Assembly (NCBI GenBank): GCA_013115145.1
Contig: JAAPAO010000157.1
Coordinates: 1 to 60,063, forward strand
Direction: 5' to 3'
DNA from: Perkinsus chesapeaki ATCC PRA-425
Taxonomy: Eukaryota; Protista; Perkinsozoa
Length of the DNA stretch: 60,063 nucleotides
Below, in pieces: positions 12,400 to 26,500 of this stretch (its first letter is position 1; each line of letters starts with the position of its first letter). The position numbers and the translations under genes were made by a program. The notes below the pieces were generated by a model. It was not told the origin of the DNA. It made no database searches and saw nothing but the letters and a program-made list of their open reading frames with translations.

Positions 12400-14480
12400 G
12401 GAATAAAGTAGCCACGTACCATTTCTGTGAAGGCAAATGAAAATCGCGGTTCTGCTTCCCTTCGGTGAGAAGTAATGGAAGACATGTGTAACGTAGGATA
12501 TATAAATGGTGTCTAGGTATCTTAGGAACGGCCGTGGTGAATTAAATTGTAAAAGATACGCGGTGCGCACTCGAAAGATTTTCAGATATCGAGTGGGTCG
12601 GAATTCGTAGGAGAAAAGATCTTGGAAAATCAGTTAAAGCGTATTGTAGAAAGAGCAAAAGACAGGTTAAGTAAGTTGACATGTTTTGTATCTTGCACGG
12701 TTGAAGCTAGGATTCATGGAAGTCGAGCAGCTGGTTTCATCACCTCGACCATTACCGGCTCGTACAGCAGATTTCTCTTTCGTTAGAGAGGCTACGATGG
12801 TTGAGAGGAAGGTAGTATTGAACGGGTTGGCGGGGGGTTAATAATACGATATAATAATTTATATAGATAATTGTGGGGAGGGCACGTAGCCAGTTTCAAT
12901 ACAGTAGTGCTTCTGGGACGGGCCCGTCATTTGCTGTCTGATAATATCTGATATTATATAATCGTGAGAAAAAGACAAGTTGTAACAGTTTCGAGTTGAA
13001 ATTGAAACTTGTACGCAATAAAGGATAGAGGGTGTTGATGAGAACAGGCTTCTCCTTCTCCTACGTTGAAGCTCAAAGGGAAGATTAATTCAAGAATGCA
13101 GCAATGAGCTCAGAATTAGGGTTTATTAAGGGGCTCTGTACTTGCCAATGTAAATGGTAGAGTAATGTTGCGCTAAAGCAGCCTATTTAACAAGGCCGTG
13201 CCACACAATTTGTCTCTCCGCCGAACCGTAACTAAGGGCCCAAGTTGATTATCAAACCGCTCTATACGTCAGTAGAGTCCGTAACTGTAGATCACAAATG
13301 GCGCCTTACTTGTTTGAGAATTTCTACGCAATACAAAATTTCAGGGGGAGGGTCTTCTTGTGCCACTCTGTGTAGCTTATATACCTTGATGCCGATTCTG
13401 CTGTTTTAAATGATGAATCGGAATGAAATGTCGTGACCGGGAATTGAACCCGCGACTGTTCTTAGCAAAGTGGTTTGCGAGGTATGGTTTTATAATAGGG
13501 CATTTTTTGAAGGGCAAATAACTTATGGAATCTCAGGTTGATCCGTGCACGTCATCCAGGTCAAAGATATGTATGGTCGGCCGGCGGATCTTTCGTGCTC
13601 TTGTGACTGTTGGAGGTTTGACAGTTTTAACTTTTACTGCAGCTGGTCATCACCATTATTGAGCGGAGCGAAGCGATTTTTGTTTTGCAAAATCGCGCTG
13701 TGTTGATATTTATTCGATTTTGACAAGATATCATTTGTGACGTTGATGATGACAAGTATTGACTTGTTTGGTTTATGTATCCAAATGAAACGGGGAAATA
13801 CTTTGAAAATTTTCCAGAAGTTTTTCGGAAATTTTTCAGGGAAATTTCTGTGTTCTTTTGAAGGAGGAGAGTGTCGGTAAAAAGTGGGGAAAATAGTCTG
13901 CTCGGAAAAAAATCAGGAAATTCTTCATAGGAGTCGGGAAATTTCGGGAAAATTTTCAGAATTCTTTTGAAGAGAATTCAGTAGCGGAAATAAGACCGGA
14001 GAGAAGAACAGGAAAATGACTTGTCGGGAAGTTCTTTTGGTTGAACGATTCGTTCTGCTTCGTAGAAATGTGTTGGTGGTCGAAAAGTGACCCTATGAAC
14101 ACACCCGATACTCAGTATGAGTACTCACACTCGAACTATGACGGAAGTTTCCCAATGATCGATCGTGATATCATTTAAGTGGGAACAAACAAAGGATGAT
14201 TCATATTTTTTCGAAGTGACTTATTGCGCTGGTTTGCGAAGGATATGACTTTGATATTAAAATAAGTCATAAGAGCAAATTTATGATGACTGTATTATTA
14301 TATTTTATGTTGTTTTTTTATGTACAAAATTAAGGGTTAAAATAATCATGATTAACAGTGTAAATTTTTCCGTGCAGGGCTTGCTCACTCGCAGACTTCT
14401 ACGCCAACGAGTGTACCCATTTCATGCAGTTTACACGACACCATCTGTCTCTTGGATTTTGACGAGTGATAGCGGATGAT
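12400..14480 (+). other. Possible additional exons (phosphatase C-terminal extension or a separate unknown gene)
   Basis: GC-richer open segments flanked by AG/GT (about 12590-12665 and 12711-12811, 'FMEVEQLVSSPRPLPARTADFSFVREATMVERK'). No recognisable domain, and I could not join the frames unambiguously. Confidence 0.25.
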
Positions 14481-14523
14481 ACGTTTTGATGAATTTTAGT
14501 GTCCCCTCGTTTTCATTTTCACT

Positions 14524-17500
14524 ATGCCTCCCAGAAAGGTCGCTGCTAAAAGTAAGCCCGCTGGCGGAAATAAGAAAGTGGAAAAGGAAGTGGAGGAGAA
14601 TAACGAGGATCAGGGAATTGAGGTTATAATTGGGGCGCGGCAGGATTGGAATTGGGGAGGTATAAATATCTTATCGGTGAGGGGAGGATCTCGAGCGGAG
14701 CGTCGAGCCGTAATATGTCCTCTGGACCGTGGGATGCGTTCGACGGTTTTGGTGTGGGAATATATTTACTGTGACTGCCTATTGTATCTACTTTCTCAGT
14801 AGAGATTCTCGAAAATAAATCGTTTTTTCGGATGACAAGAATTTCTTGGCCCCCTGGGAGCATACGTGTCACGATCAGGGCATTATTTTGGACCATTGGC
14901 TGCTGCTGCTGTTCACAGAAGCAACCCGAATACATTTCGTGCTCATCGGGTCTGAGCTATGAACGTATACGCAGAAGGTCTATCGTACCATTTTGTAATT
15001 AGGATTATATTATCAGGAGCGTGGTTTCGTGAGGCTATGAGTGCCTGATATGTGACAGCTCCGACCATTTTATTATTATATTCACTCAGCCTGATGAGAC
15101 AGTTTTATTGGCAATGTCACTCATCAGCGTTTGTTTGTGGGCAATCGCATATTACAGCTTTTCTTTTTCGAAAGAAACTTGTGGATCAGTTTAGATTACT
15201 TTTGAAGGGTTTGTAACTTTTTCCCAAATGTTTAGAACACCTCGCCAGAGAACCCCGTGGATGTGGAAATGGTACCGGTTGAGTTGATCCAAGAAAAGGA
15301 AGAAGTGGAGGTCAAGGAGGACGAGGAGGGGGAAAATAATAAAACTGAAACGGTCGAAGAGGTCGAAGTTGTTGAGGTAGGAATCCAGTGGACGGCTTGG
15401 TGGCACATAAGCGACAAGTGACTTTCCGAAGGTGACCTCAGTTGAGAATGATTAACATGGATTCGAGATAGCCGAATTTTTAGATGGCGGATGCCAAATT
15501 ATAATCAGAAAATTTCGGATAGAAATTTCCAAAGTAGAATCGGCAAATCGTAACTTAATTCAAAGGCAGTTGATGAATGATGGACTAGAAATCAGCATAA
15601 GAATTCCATTTGCAATCTGTCCGATATCGGCCACACTCACGGCCAGCTTTGAGTGGAGCTATGAATTCTGGTCTGTAGTGCTTGAAGGTATCTTTATTGA
15701 TCGCTTAGAAATCTTTATGGTGTGTAAAGATATTTTTGTCAATAGTTCAAGGTGATTCACTTTAGGTAAACATTTTTATAGTGCGTGGAGGCTTTTTTGT
15801 ATATAGTTCGAGGTGGAAATCTTCACAGTGTGTAAAGATATGTTTCAGGAGGTTCCTGCAGAGATCAAGGATTTTGAAGAAGATTCTCGACCCCGTGTGA
15901 AAGAAGTTGGGAAATTCGGGTGTGTCGATTCGACCTTGGATACTTATTTTGGGGAGAGGGGATTGATCGGCTCGAATTCGACCGAAGGCTTCCAATACCT
16001 ATTAAGTGGCGCGCGAAGCAATATTGGTGTTAAAGGGAAATGTGGAGGAGTCTTTGCTTACGAGGTAAGAAGGTATGCTGATTTATGAGATGCGTAGGGC
16101 GAACCCATCCCACGTGAACGCTTATGAGCGACCGCCGGCCAGTCATAGTTTGGTTGTATCATCGGTAGAATCATTTTAGTGTGAAGGGTTCAATGGAACT
16201 GCCATTGGCAAGTACTCCGCTCGTGATTGGTTAGCAAGTTGGCGTGAGACAAACGTACAGTGTAGGGCTCTTGTGGGCGATGTATTAGTTTTACTGCGGC
16301 GGGTGGCCGCAGTTCATTGAGCGGCCTTTACGATAAGGGCATTAGTGACGGAACAGGGAAAATGACACTGAAATTTAATCGGAAGATATGAGTATCGGTG
16401 ACGATTGGTATGAAACGGTTGATCGATTTAGAAATTCTACGAGAGCGCAAGTCGATGGTGACATGTAGGTATTATTTGTCTTCTGCTTTAACACCCCTAA
16501 ATTCACTGATTTATAATCGCAAAAGTTTAGAGGCATTCAACCCATAAGGACATGGTGTGTTTAGGTTAAAATAGTGGAGATCTTGACACCAATGGATTCG
16601 GCGTGCAACAGGCAAGCTTATATACCACACAATAAGTAAGCACGGGTTCAATGATATCACAAGGAGGACCGTTGTTGACCATACGGGGCGAGCGAAATGG
16701 CATTGCTACTGTTGGCGCTTGGATAGTTCGAGGGCTTAGAGTCATAACAAGGAGAAAAACTATATATTATCGAATATTTTGAAGAATGCACATTGAAGCC
16801 AAGGTGGGCATGTCATTTCGGAGAGGGGTGGACATGGCACAGTAGAGTACTAGGCAGTAGTTTGCCACCAAGCTCCACTATTGAGGGTGTCAAGTTGAAC
16901 TCTTTGAATGGTCGAGAAGATGGGATTTGGTGGGAACCACCTGCTGCCAAGGGGGTCATGAACGGATATGAGATACATGTAGAAGGACAGCCTTTCGTGA
17001 AAGGATTGGCCACGGACAATGAAAACCTTTGATGCATGAGTTGATACCGACGCAAGGCGGTGAACCGGTCAAAGAAGCTGCTGTAGGTGGCTCGGTTACT
17101 ACACATTTACATTGTTGATACTTGTATAACAAGGAGCGAGAGCTCTGGAGACCTCTGGCAGAGACTCTCTGGTGGTCTCTGTCTCGTCTGTCAGTGACAG
17201 ACGTTCAATTGAACGGAAAGGATATGTCCCCCTTGTGATTGATACCACATCTTAGCTTCCAGGATCCTGCTCGATTTGCTCATGACTCGGAATTGGGCTG
17301 ATATAAGCATTTCGATAAACAGTTTAGATATGCAAATTAGGCTCGAATGTGTGCTCAAATCTGGGGTTACCAAACGAGTACACTGCAGATAAGCGCGAAG
17401 GCGGTTGGCCTGGTAAAGGTTACAGTAGAGACGGTTGCAGTTTGCTAAGGTGTCAAAAGTGTTAAAGATTCCCTCGTTCGTTGCGATCCTTCCGGCATTC

Positions 17501-20500
17501 CATTACTTCAGCAATACTTTCAAGAGGGTATCTTCTTTGTTCCCGTGTCGAGTAGTACCAGGGTTGTACTAGTTAACCGGCCAGGCAGCAGTGTGCTACG
17601 GCTAGAGCTGGCCAAGAGGATATTTCCATGAGGCACGATGCATCCGAATGAAAGTGCAAGTCATCATATGAAATTAACGATAACGCAAACGTTGAGCGGC
17701 GAGCTGCAAGACCTTGAAATCACACTTTACGGTCGGTTGCTTGTAAAGTAGGGTACACAGTATTGAGGTGACATCAGAGAGGCGAAAGATCTTTACTTGA
17801 AGAAGAGTGCAAAGCATGGGTCTTGGGAAGATACTCCTCTTTTCCCATCCAGTGTAGTTTTTGGGCCGTCATAATTAAGTAGGAAGGACAATCACGATTA
17901 ATGCGCTCATAGAGAGCGATGTAACAGTGGTAATGTTGTGCCTGGTGGTGGCAAGGACATGCGGAATGTGATGAAGAATTTATTGCTTCTGATGAAAAAT
18001 ACATCTTACTTAGATCGCTGTACATCCTCAGCTGTTATAGAGAACGTTACATATGGGGCGGTGGGGATAGGGGGTACCCGATTACCATCGACAGAGGGAG
18101 GAAGAACGTCATGAATTTGACGTATGATACGGAATACAGCACAGCTGAGTAACAAGAAGCGACCTGAATCTTGCTTCTCGGCAGACATGATGCTTAATTC
18201 ACTCGGCGTTCACGCGAGAGAGGGAAATTTTTGTGTCCGGCACAGAAGGTGTGCAGTGACGGGAGCAATGTTATAGATGAACGAGTTCAAATAGCTGTCG
18301 GCTCGCGGCGACAATTGCAAGAGACTATGATACGCCAGTTAGATGCGATCAATGGGAGGAAAAGATCTCATGGGTGCGCAGCGGCGGGATACTTGGCCGT
18401 TACATTTGGAGTTACTCATAGCAATGATGCGTATCTCGATTTTCCATGATAGAGTCGCCTGGGTCAATGGGAAAATGGAAAGAGATAATTTGAGCCCGGA
18501 CAGGATCCTCAAGTTTCTGAAAGGAAACTCCACAGCAATATTTGACCGAGAGCTAGTTCTCTTTTCTGAAATAATAAAAGTTATGAAACTTATATTTTCT
18601 AATATTTTTCTAGAAAGCGATAATTTCGTGTTCGTGGCATTTTGAAATGAAGACTGGAACGATTTCTGGGGAAAAATATTTCTTAATTTCGTAGTCTACT
18701 ATCTTGTGCACTCGGTGTGTTGCAGGCGAGGTGAGGATGCATATTAAAAATTATGAGTTTGTGCAAAGCAGAAAAAATCGGAAAATGGGGATTTTGTCTG
18801 AACGAATTTTCTCGTGATACGAATGTTCACCTGGCGCACAGTTGTAGAGCAGATTCCGTCAATCATCATCATCATCGGCAACAACCTTATCGAGAAGGAC
18901 TAGTCTGAGGAGTTTTCATTAAACGTAAGTGGCGACATTTTTGGGTTCACGGATGGACGCACGAGAAAAGTGCGTCACAGTTGGAAGGACTTAACTCGTG
19001 CAAACGGGAATACGAGCCGACCAGTTACGCGTTTGGTGTATCAATGACATGTCATTGTATACTACCGAATAGAAAGATGGGAACAAAAGTCGATTTCGTG
19101 TATATCATCTACAGTGCAGATGATATGCTCAGCCGGCCAACCGGCCACTGTAGATTCTACAGTGTACCAAAGCGTCGGGTAAATGATGTTAATTTCATTA
19201 CAGACAGTCGAAGCTCGACTGTTGATCATGGGAACTTCCCATTGGGAAGTGCGACTTGCTACAAGTCCCGATAATCAGGGTCCCGGTAACATGGGTACTT
19301 TGCGGGCTTCCGAATGCAAATCACGGAGATTTGGTCACGGGTCGTCAGCAGCAAAAGACGACCGTTCTGAAATGGTGACCGGGAAGTGGCGAAAGATCCA
19401 CTTGCAAACGTTATTATTGCTAATGAAAATCAAGTATAAGGGATAGCCATAAACCGGGATGCGCTCGTCGGAGTAGGAGGCGGGAATCAAAAGCAGTCGG
19501 TGGGGAAGAGCGTTGGTGGTAGCTGTAATTGTTGAGGAATAGAAAGTGGACCAAGAGGGTCCACTGAAACAACCGGGAGAGCTGCGGACATTCCCACTAG
19601 TATTCACGATTGGTCAAGTCTTGAACTGAGAATTTTCCACCGGAGGGCCAACATTTCAGTATGAGCTTCGTGACGGTAGCGCTTGGAGTAGAGTATGTTA
19701 AAACTTGGAGAGCGGTCTCAGAGGAAGTCTTGGCCGACTATTGTGGGGCATGCAGATTCCAGGGAAGCGGGTTTGCCATATGCATTTGGAAGCTTAAGTT
19801 CGGGTTGGATACGCGGTGAAGGTTAAGTACTTGGATTAAGCTTAACATGGCTGATGACATCACCAATTGCCATGAAGATTCATAAAAGTGGAACCAATGG
19901 GAGCTAAAAGTTGGCGAGTGGCAGCAGCTGAGCACCGCGGCTTAGTCTGCGTTCTGGAATGATGCCAAAGCTTAGCTGTTGTAAGGAAGTCGTCTCGAAT
20001 GGCCGATACCAGGCAATGCTGACTCCAAGCCACTCCAGAAATTAACATGCCCTGTCATTATGTCTGGCATCATCCAACAACTTGGGACTTATCGGGAAGT
20101 CCTGAGATGATCCTAGAAAGCGGCAGATACACCATAGCTCATTCGAGCATTTTCCAGCTCGCTGCCTTTCGTGGCAAGTAGAGAGGGTCCCTCGATGCGC
20201 CCTGTGCATCTGCCAGCAGCATCATCAAGCATGCTTGGCGCTGCGAAGTTAGTACCCTAAGCCAGTGCACTTCATCGGCAATATGTCCGAGATTCCTCAA
20301 TTATGTTGCGAAGGGCATATTGTCCAATTTCTACCCAGTAGAGGGCGGAGTAAAAATATCTTTCGGCTGCCTGCCTCACCGAGGTCACCAAATTTACCTT
20401 GGTCAATATAAAGGAATTGTCAAGGGTGCCGGTGGCGGAGCGAAGCTTTGCAGAGCTGGTCTAACTTGAACATCGGTGCACAGTGTTTAATCTTGGATGT

Positions 20501-23500
20501 GAATTCCCAAATTAACGTAGAATGGTTGACCATTTCCGGAAAGTTCTCAACGATCTCCAACTCCCGTCATTACTGACCCGATAGGAAAGGGACTATAAGA
20601 CAAATTAGGTTGCGATCGCCGACTAACGCTTACTTTTCCAAGTGCTGGAGCATAGTCTTGCTTTTCAGGCATTGTCTTCGTATTGGTTTCTCCACCATAG
20701 AGGGCAGCGTCCTCCTCGGTACCGATAATAATGGCTTGGCCTTTGATGCCGGGTTGGGATATGATAGGACCAGAGGCAGGCCGAAAGCGGGCGCAAGGTT
20801 TGCGAGTAAGATCGGAAGCAGTAAATATTGTACGCATGTTTTCGGGAAATCTTTAGTAATTTGTTGGTAGATAGAGCGGAGGGGAATGAATAGTTTTTCT
20901 GCTCGAAGGGGAAGTTGAACCTCATGTACAATAATAATCATTTAAGGAATGAATTCTACATGCATCTTGAGATTACATAAATTATACTGGCCAACGACAC
21001 TTCGGGTAGGCATTGAGTGCCTCTCTACGCTCTTATGTGATTGGAGGGGAATCTTATGGACAAGAGCGATGCTAGTTGCCCTCCTTGTTTGGTAACATAT
21101 TGACAGTCGTTCGTCCGGTGACGAACATTTACGGATTGACGCCATGAATGCAATGCGACTTTCCCGTTCTTCCGAGAATTTTTCGCAACTTATTTTTCCA
21201 TTTTTTCCGGAATTTTTCTTTTTTTTCAGACGGCCCTTGCATTTGGAAAGGAACGACTACAGTCTATCTCGATCAAGCAGACTTCGGTAAAAATAATTTT
21301 CGTATTTTTTCCAAAATTTTTCGTCCAGGTATCGATGATGTTGTCACTGTCGTCTTGAATCTTTCTGAGGATTTTGAGGATCGTCATTCTCAATCGATTG
21401 CCCTTTTCAAGAACGGTGTCCGCGTCACAGAGCCAATCTCCATCCCAGAGAATCTTATCGGAAGAGATTTGTACCCGACCGTCACGTTCAAGAACGTCCG
21501 CATTGCGGTGAATCTGGGTCATATGGAAGATTCTGAGAGAGCTGCAGAGATCGGTGGACTTTGCCGAAAGTTGCCGTTCAAGTGTCGATCGATTCAGCAG
21601 AGTGCGGAAGAGGATATATGTGTCTCACCGTTTTTTTCGAACCAGCCGAAGGAGCCCGAAGCGGTACTGATCGTCGGGCTGCCGGATCAAGGTGTATTCG
21701 ATTATGTTGATTATTTTATGAAGGAGAATCCTTATAAGTATACGGAGGTATCTGACAGGACTATGTTTGAATGGTAAGTTACATGGAAAATTTTTCCGGT
21801 AGTTCCCGGAAATTGATCTCTGGATGTTTGAGAGGGAAAACATTGTAAGAATCTCGACAAAAATTCCCGAACATTTCAGTGGAATTTCTCCGGTAATTTT
21901 CAGTGTCGGTCGGACTGTCAGTAAGCTCGGTCGTTTAGCTTGTTATTAAGTAAGTATATACGTTATTAGTAAGTATTATTGATTAGTCGCCTTAACCGGA
22001 TTTTATTCCTTCTCATGGAGTAAAATAATTCAACTTTAATGATGCGGAGAATTGAAACTGAGAAAGTCGAATAAACCACTTTTCTTTTCAGGTTGAAAGC
22101 ATCTTCATTGTGTCCCCTTCGTAGAGGTGCAGAGACGTCCAATGACAGACCAGATTATTTATTCGGAATTCAACCAATTGATGAGGGAATGGTTCGAGCA
22201 AGGATGAGAGACTTTGCCAGTTTCCCTCAAAGCGGCAGATCGATAGTACTGGGAATCGAACCTGTGCGGGAAATGTGTAGTCGGGTTTTTAGTTACTGGT
22301 TGAAATTAAGGGAGGTCTTTTGCAGAAGGAGCGGGCGAACATCATGTCCAAGTTCTTCACGCGCAGACGTGAGTTGGAAGGTCTCAGTTTTTTTCCGATT
22401 TTTTGCATTTTTCCGGAAATTCTCAAGTAGTTAAAATTCATAAATTTTCTTCGTTCAAGTATCGTTTTTGTTCCGTGGAAACTTTCTCATTTTTCCTTTT
22501 ATTTGCTGGAAAATATTTCTTCCGAAAATTTTTCCATTTTTTTCAAATTTTCCGGAATTTTCCGGAATTTCGTTTCTTTTTTTCTTTTGCAGGTGTGGCA
22601 CGAATCTGCGTTGGTGAGCCCGATGTGGGGTATCAAAATTACGTCAAAGATTTGGTCCGCGCGGAAATTCTATTGGAAAAATCATCTGAAAGGGAAGTTC
22701 GACTCGAGGAGCTGAAGAGGGAATGGCGGGCTAGAGTGGAGGAAAAGGAAAGAATTAGGAAAGGTAATAATGTCAGGGGTGGGAATCGAACCTGGGTCCC
22801 TCGGATGGCGGAATGGTCTAGACACGTATACTGCGAGAATGCACACTCCGGCTGTAGGAGGGGAAGTATTGGCATCCCGTTTTTGAGTGATATAATGTTT
22901 CGAGGTGAATTTGTGAAGTAGTCTCAAATCTGGAATTGCTCGTTCGCCAATCGAGGATACCAGAAGTATGAGAATCGAGATATTTGGTGCCAATTCAGAA
23001 GTTTGAGCGTTTTCTTGATTCTTCTTTTCTCCGAGGAGGAGATGCCCCGACGAAGATTCGTACCTGGGTCGTTTCCTGTCAGTAAAAGCTGCTGCCCGCG
23101 CCGCTGAAAAAGCACGTAAAGAAGCGGCTGCTGAAGCCAGACGTAAGAGGAAGGAGGCTGCTATGAGGGCAGCTGCAGCGAAGAGAGCAGCGGAAGCGAG
23201 AAAGGGAGAGGAGGGAGCGACTGAGGAGAATTCGGAGGGGAAGATTACTGGGGAAGACATTGCTATGAATGCTGCCGAGGAAGAGGTGATATGGGAGAAG
23301 ATTATTATTTAGTGAAAAATAAGAAATACGAGGGTCGATAAGATAAATGAAAATTTAATGAAATTTATTGTTTTCAAGTATATGTACGCGATAAAATAAG
23401 CAATAATAAAAAAATGAATATGAAGGAGTACCATTGAGATTTTTCAAACCCAAACCAAGCATTTTCGAACACACAACCCCCCGAAAACCTGAATTGAGAT

Positions 23501-26500
23501 TTTTCGACAGTTCGGCCTGCGCAACCATGTTTTAGGATAATATGAGTATAGGACTTTACAGTCGAAATCTCAGCCCAAAGCTCACCATGGTTGAGGACTT
23601 CTCGCATTGAACAGTCTCGACCTCTATAGATTGTGTTGTATAAAATAGTATTTACTATTATTTTCTGGAAATTTTCGGAAATTTTCGGAAATTTTGCAGA
23701 TTAGACGTGAATAATAGAATTAGGATAATACCAGTATTATAAAATATATTATCAAATTAAGAATTTCGCGGAACCCGAAACCCGAAAACCTATAAATGGC
23801 CAAATTTTCTGTCAGGTCGAAAGCGAAGCAGAATCCGAAAGCAAAGTCGAAGAAGAGGAAGAAATCGAACCGGAACCGACCTTACCGGAAGTTGAGGTCA
23901 CGAATGATGACCTTAAAAAGACTATGTAAAGCAGTGTGCGGTTTTCCAGCGAATTTTACCGATTGTTCCCGTGAGAAAATTTTTGGGCAAATGTCCAAAA
24001 TATATGTCGTAGCTTCCGGCATGTTTGATAATTTTTTCATTAATTTTGTTACCGGCAGTCATGATGACATATATCTATCAGTTACAAATTACTATTGTAT
24101 CAAATTTGTGACTCTCCTTCGACCGTCGGGCGATCGACTGTCTATGTTGGAAGGCGGTGAGCATTTGGAAAAATCGATCTCAATTTTACTCGGTTTCTTG
24201 TGGATGGAGAAAAATTATTTTATTTAGGGTTGGTGGTTTTTTCCGTCCCCAAAGGTTGCACGATATAAACCCGCATAGCTTATCTGAAGCATATCTTTCC
24301 TTCACTTTGCCGACCTTGGAAGAATCTTTCGAAGATGGTCAGAAAGTATTTGATGAGATTGTTTATGATTGGGAGAAGAAGGAACAGGCGGAGAGGTAAT
24401 TGAGGGAAATTTTCCCAGAAAATATCGGAAAATCTCGGAAATTTTGTAGTTTTTGGTTTCGGTTTTAATTTTTCGTGCTTTGTCTTTTCCTTTATCGGGA
24501 AACTGCCGGAAAACTTGAAACTGCTTCGCGATTGTGGAGGACGGAAATAAGAGTCGACAGTCGAGTCGAAAAAATAATTCTGAAACTCAATGAAGTTTAT
24601 CAGACATTTGATTTGATTCGCGTTTAGCAAACTGGAATCCTGGCTGCGCAACCGTAAAGTTCTGGAGAGAGTTCCGAGCCTGACGAAGGCGAGCGAATGG
24701 TTTGAGGTGCAGATGAGCGCATGGAACGAGACCAGGTTGGAGTGGAGGAAAAAACATAGGTAAGCCTGCTGGGATAATGTGAAAAATTCCTGTAGGATTT
24801 TTCTGGTAAATTTTCGGAAAAAAGTGTTTTCTGCAAGAAATTGGTCGGATTTTTCTGGTAAATTTTCGGAAAAAAGTGTTTTCTGCAAGAAATTGGTGAA
24901 TTTTTGAGTAACAGTTTTTCGGAGGGGCCTGTCTCCAGGCTGAGCTTGTTGTCGACGACTCGTTGCTTGCTCAGCGATTCTCGTGAAATATGCATTCTCG
25001 GCTTCATTACGTGGATTATTGTACTCCGTTGACAGGCTTTTTTGCGAGTGGAAAATTTGTTGCAAAATTTCCCTGAAAATTTCCGGTTCTCGGGCGGCGG
25101 AGTTTGGAATGAGTGGCGCGGTGTCAGGAAGATATGTCGCATTTTTGTTGAAAAGTTGTAGCATGAAGAATCAGGCGGATGCTTCGTTCGGGAATTAGTG
25201 TGAAATATTATTGTATTTCTCCCAGAGCTTATCAACAAGGGTTGGCCATGCGGGAGGCTGTGGCTAAGAAGACAGCATCCGACAAACCAGCTAAAGAAGA
25301 GGAGGAAGAAAATAAGGATGGGGCAGCTGAGAAAAATGGTGAGACTTTGAAGCAGCTGGGGGGGTTCATGGGGGGCATGGCGGGGCTTGAAGAGGCGTAC
25401 TGGTGAAATTGGAATGAAATAATTGAAGTTCAAATTTCATTGATTTTTGAAGTAGGCATCGAGAAGGTCATGCGAATTTGGCGTGGACCAGTTGCAGTTT
25501 TGTGTGTCATCCAATTCCTGTCGGGCTCGTCAGTGTGATTTCTGTTTATCAAGATACCGCTTCAAGCTCGGATACGCCTGAGCAGCAGCAACCGCAAGCA
25601 GCGACGCATATCGATCCTGAGGAAGCTGACGTTTGGTCGGTTGAGGACATCAATGATCTGGACGGCAAGGGAACTCCGCTGTATGGCAAATTCGGGCCGG
25701 AGGATTGGCAGCTGCTGAATTTGCGTTACGAGCTGCATTTGCTGTGCCATGCGTTCTTCCGGGATGTCACCAGCGAGGACCCGGATGTTAGCGGAATTCA
25801 CCGAAGTTTGCTGCAACATTATTACCGAATATATTTTGGGGAGAATCAACCGCTGCACCCGTCGATGTTTGGTGGAAAGAATTTGGATGATCTTCTGGAT
25901 CGGCTGGTGGTCGATACGATAATTGTTGGAAATGATGGAGTGTTGAAAACTGTGCACGACATTGACACGCCGCAGTCGACCTTTGTAAGGTTGGTGGAAG
26001 CGGCGAGGAGGGAGAGGAACAAGAGGATTGAGGCGGGGGATGAGAGCGCTAGAATAAGAATTAGGGAGCCTAGCGTCACTGCGCCACGAAATTCTAAGGG
26101 GAATGGGCCGACGGTGAGGGATAATAGACATAGGGGAGGGAAAGCTGGAGGGAGGCCGATGATGCATTCGGGTGGGAAGGGGATGCCGAAACAACCGCAG
26201 CAGCAGCATCATCATCCGGTGCATACTAATAGATGTAATATTATAATAATAAATTGATAAGTGATTGGTATTTAATAAAATTGACTAATAGCTTATTATT
26301 AGAAATTAGAAGTCGTTTTGGTATAGATCATGACTAATCGGCTCTAGCAGGAGAAGTCGTGATAATTATAATAATAAGTTATCAGTATTATAGTGATTAG
26401 TGAAGTGGAGGAAACGGTATAGTCTGTTATTAGGAATAACAGGTTTCTATAATTAAAGTCATCCTTTCTGTTCTATTTCTGAATTTTCACTCTACATCTG

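Noticed and set aside
24280-25433. 294-aa and 269-aa minus-strand ORFs
   Set aside because: They run through low-complexity introns and antisense exons of the hnRNP-U-like gene; F/K/N-biased, with no domain.
25562-26224. 220-aa minus-strand ORF (also 22682-23260, 28294-28863, 28689-29303, 29264-29641)
   Set aside because: Antisense shadows of well-supported + strand exons.
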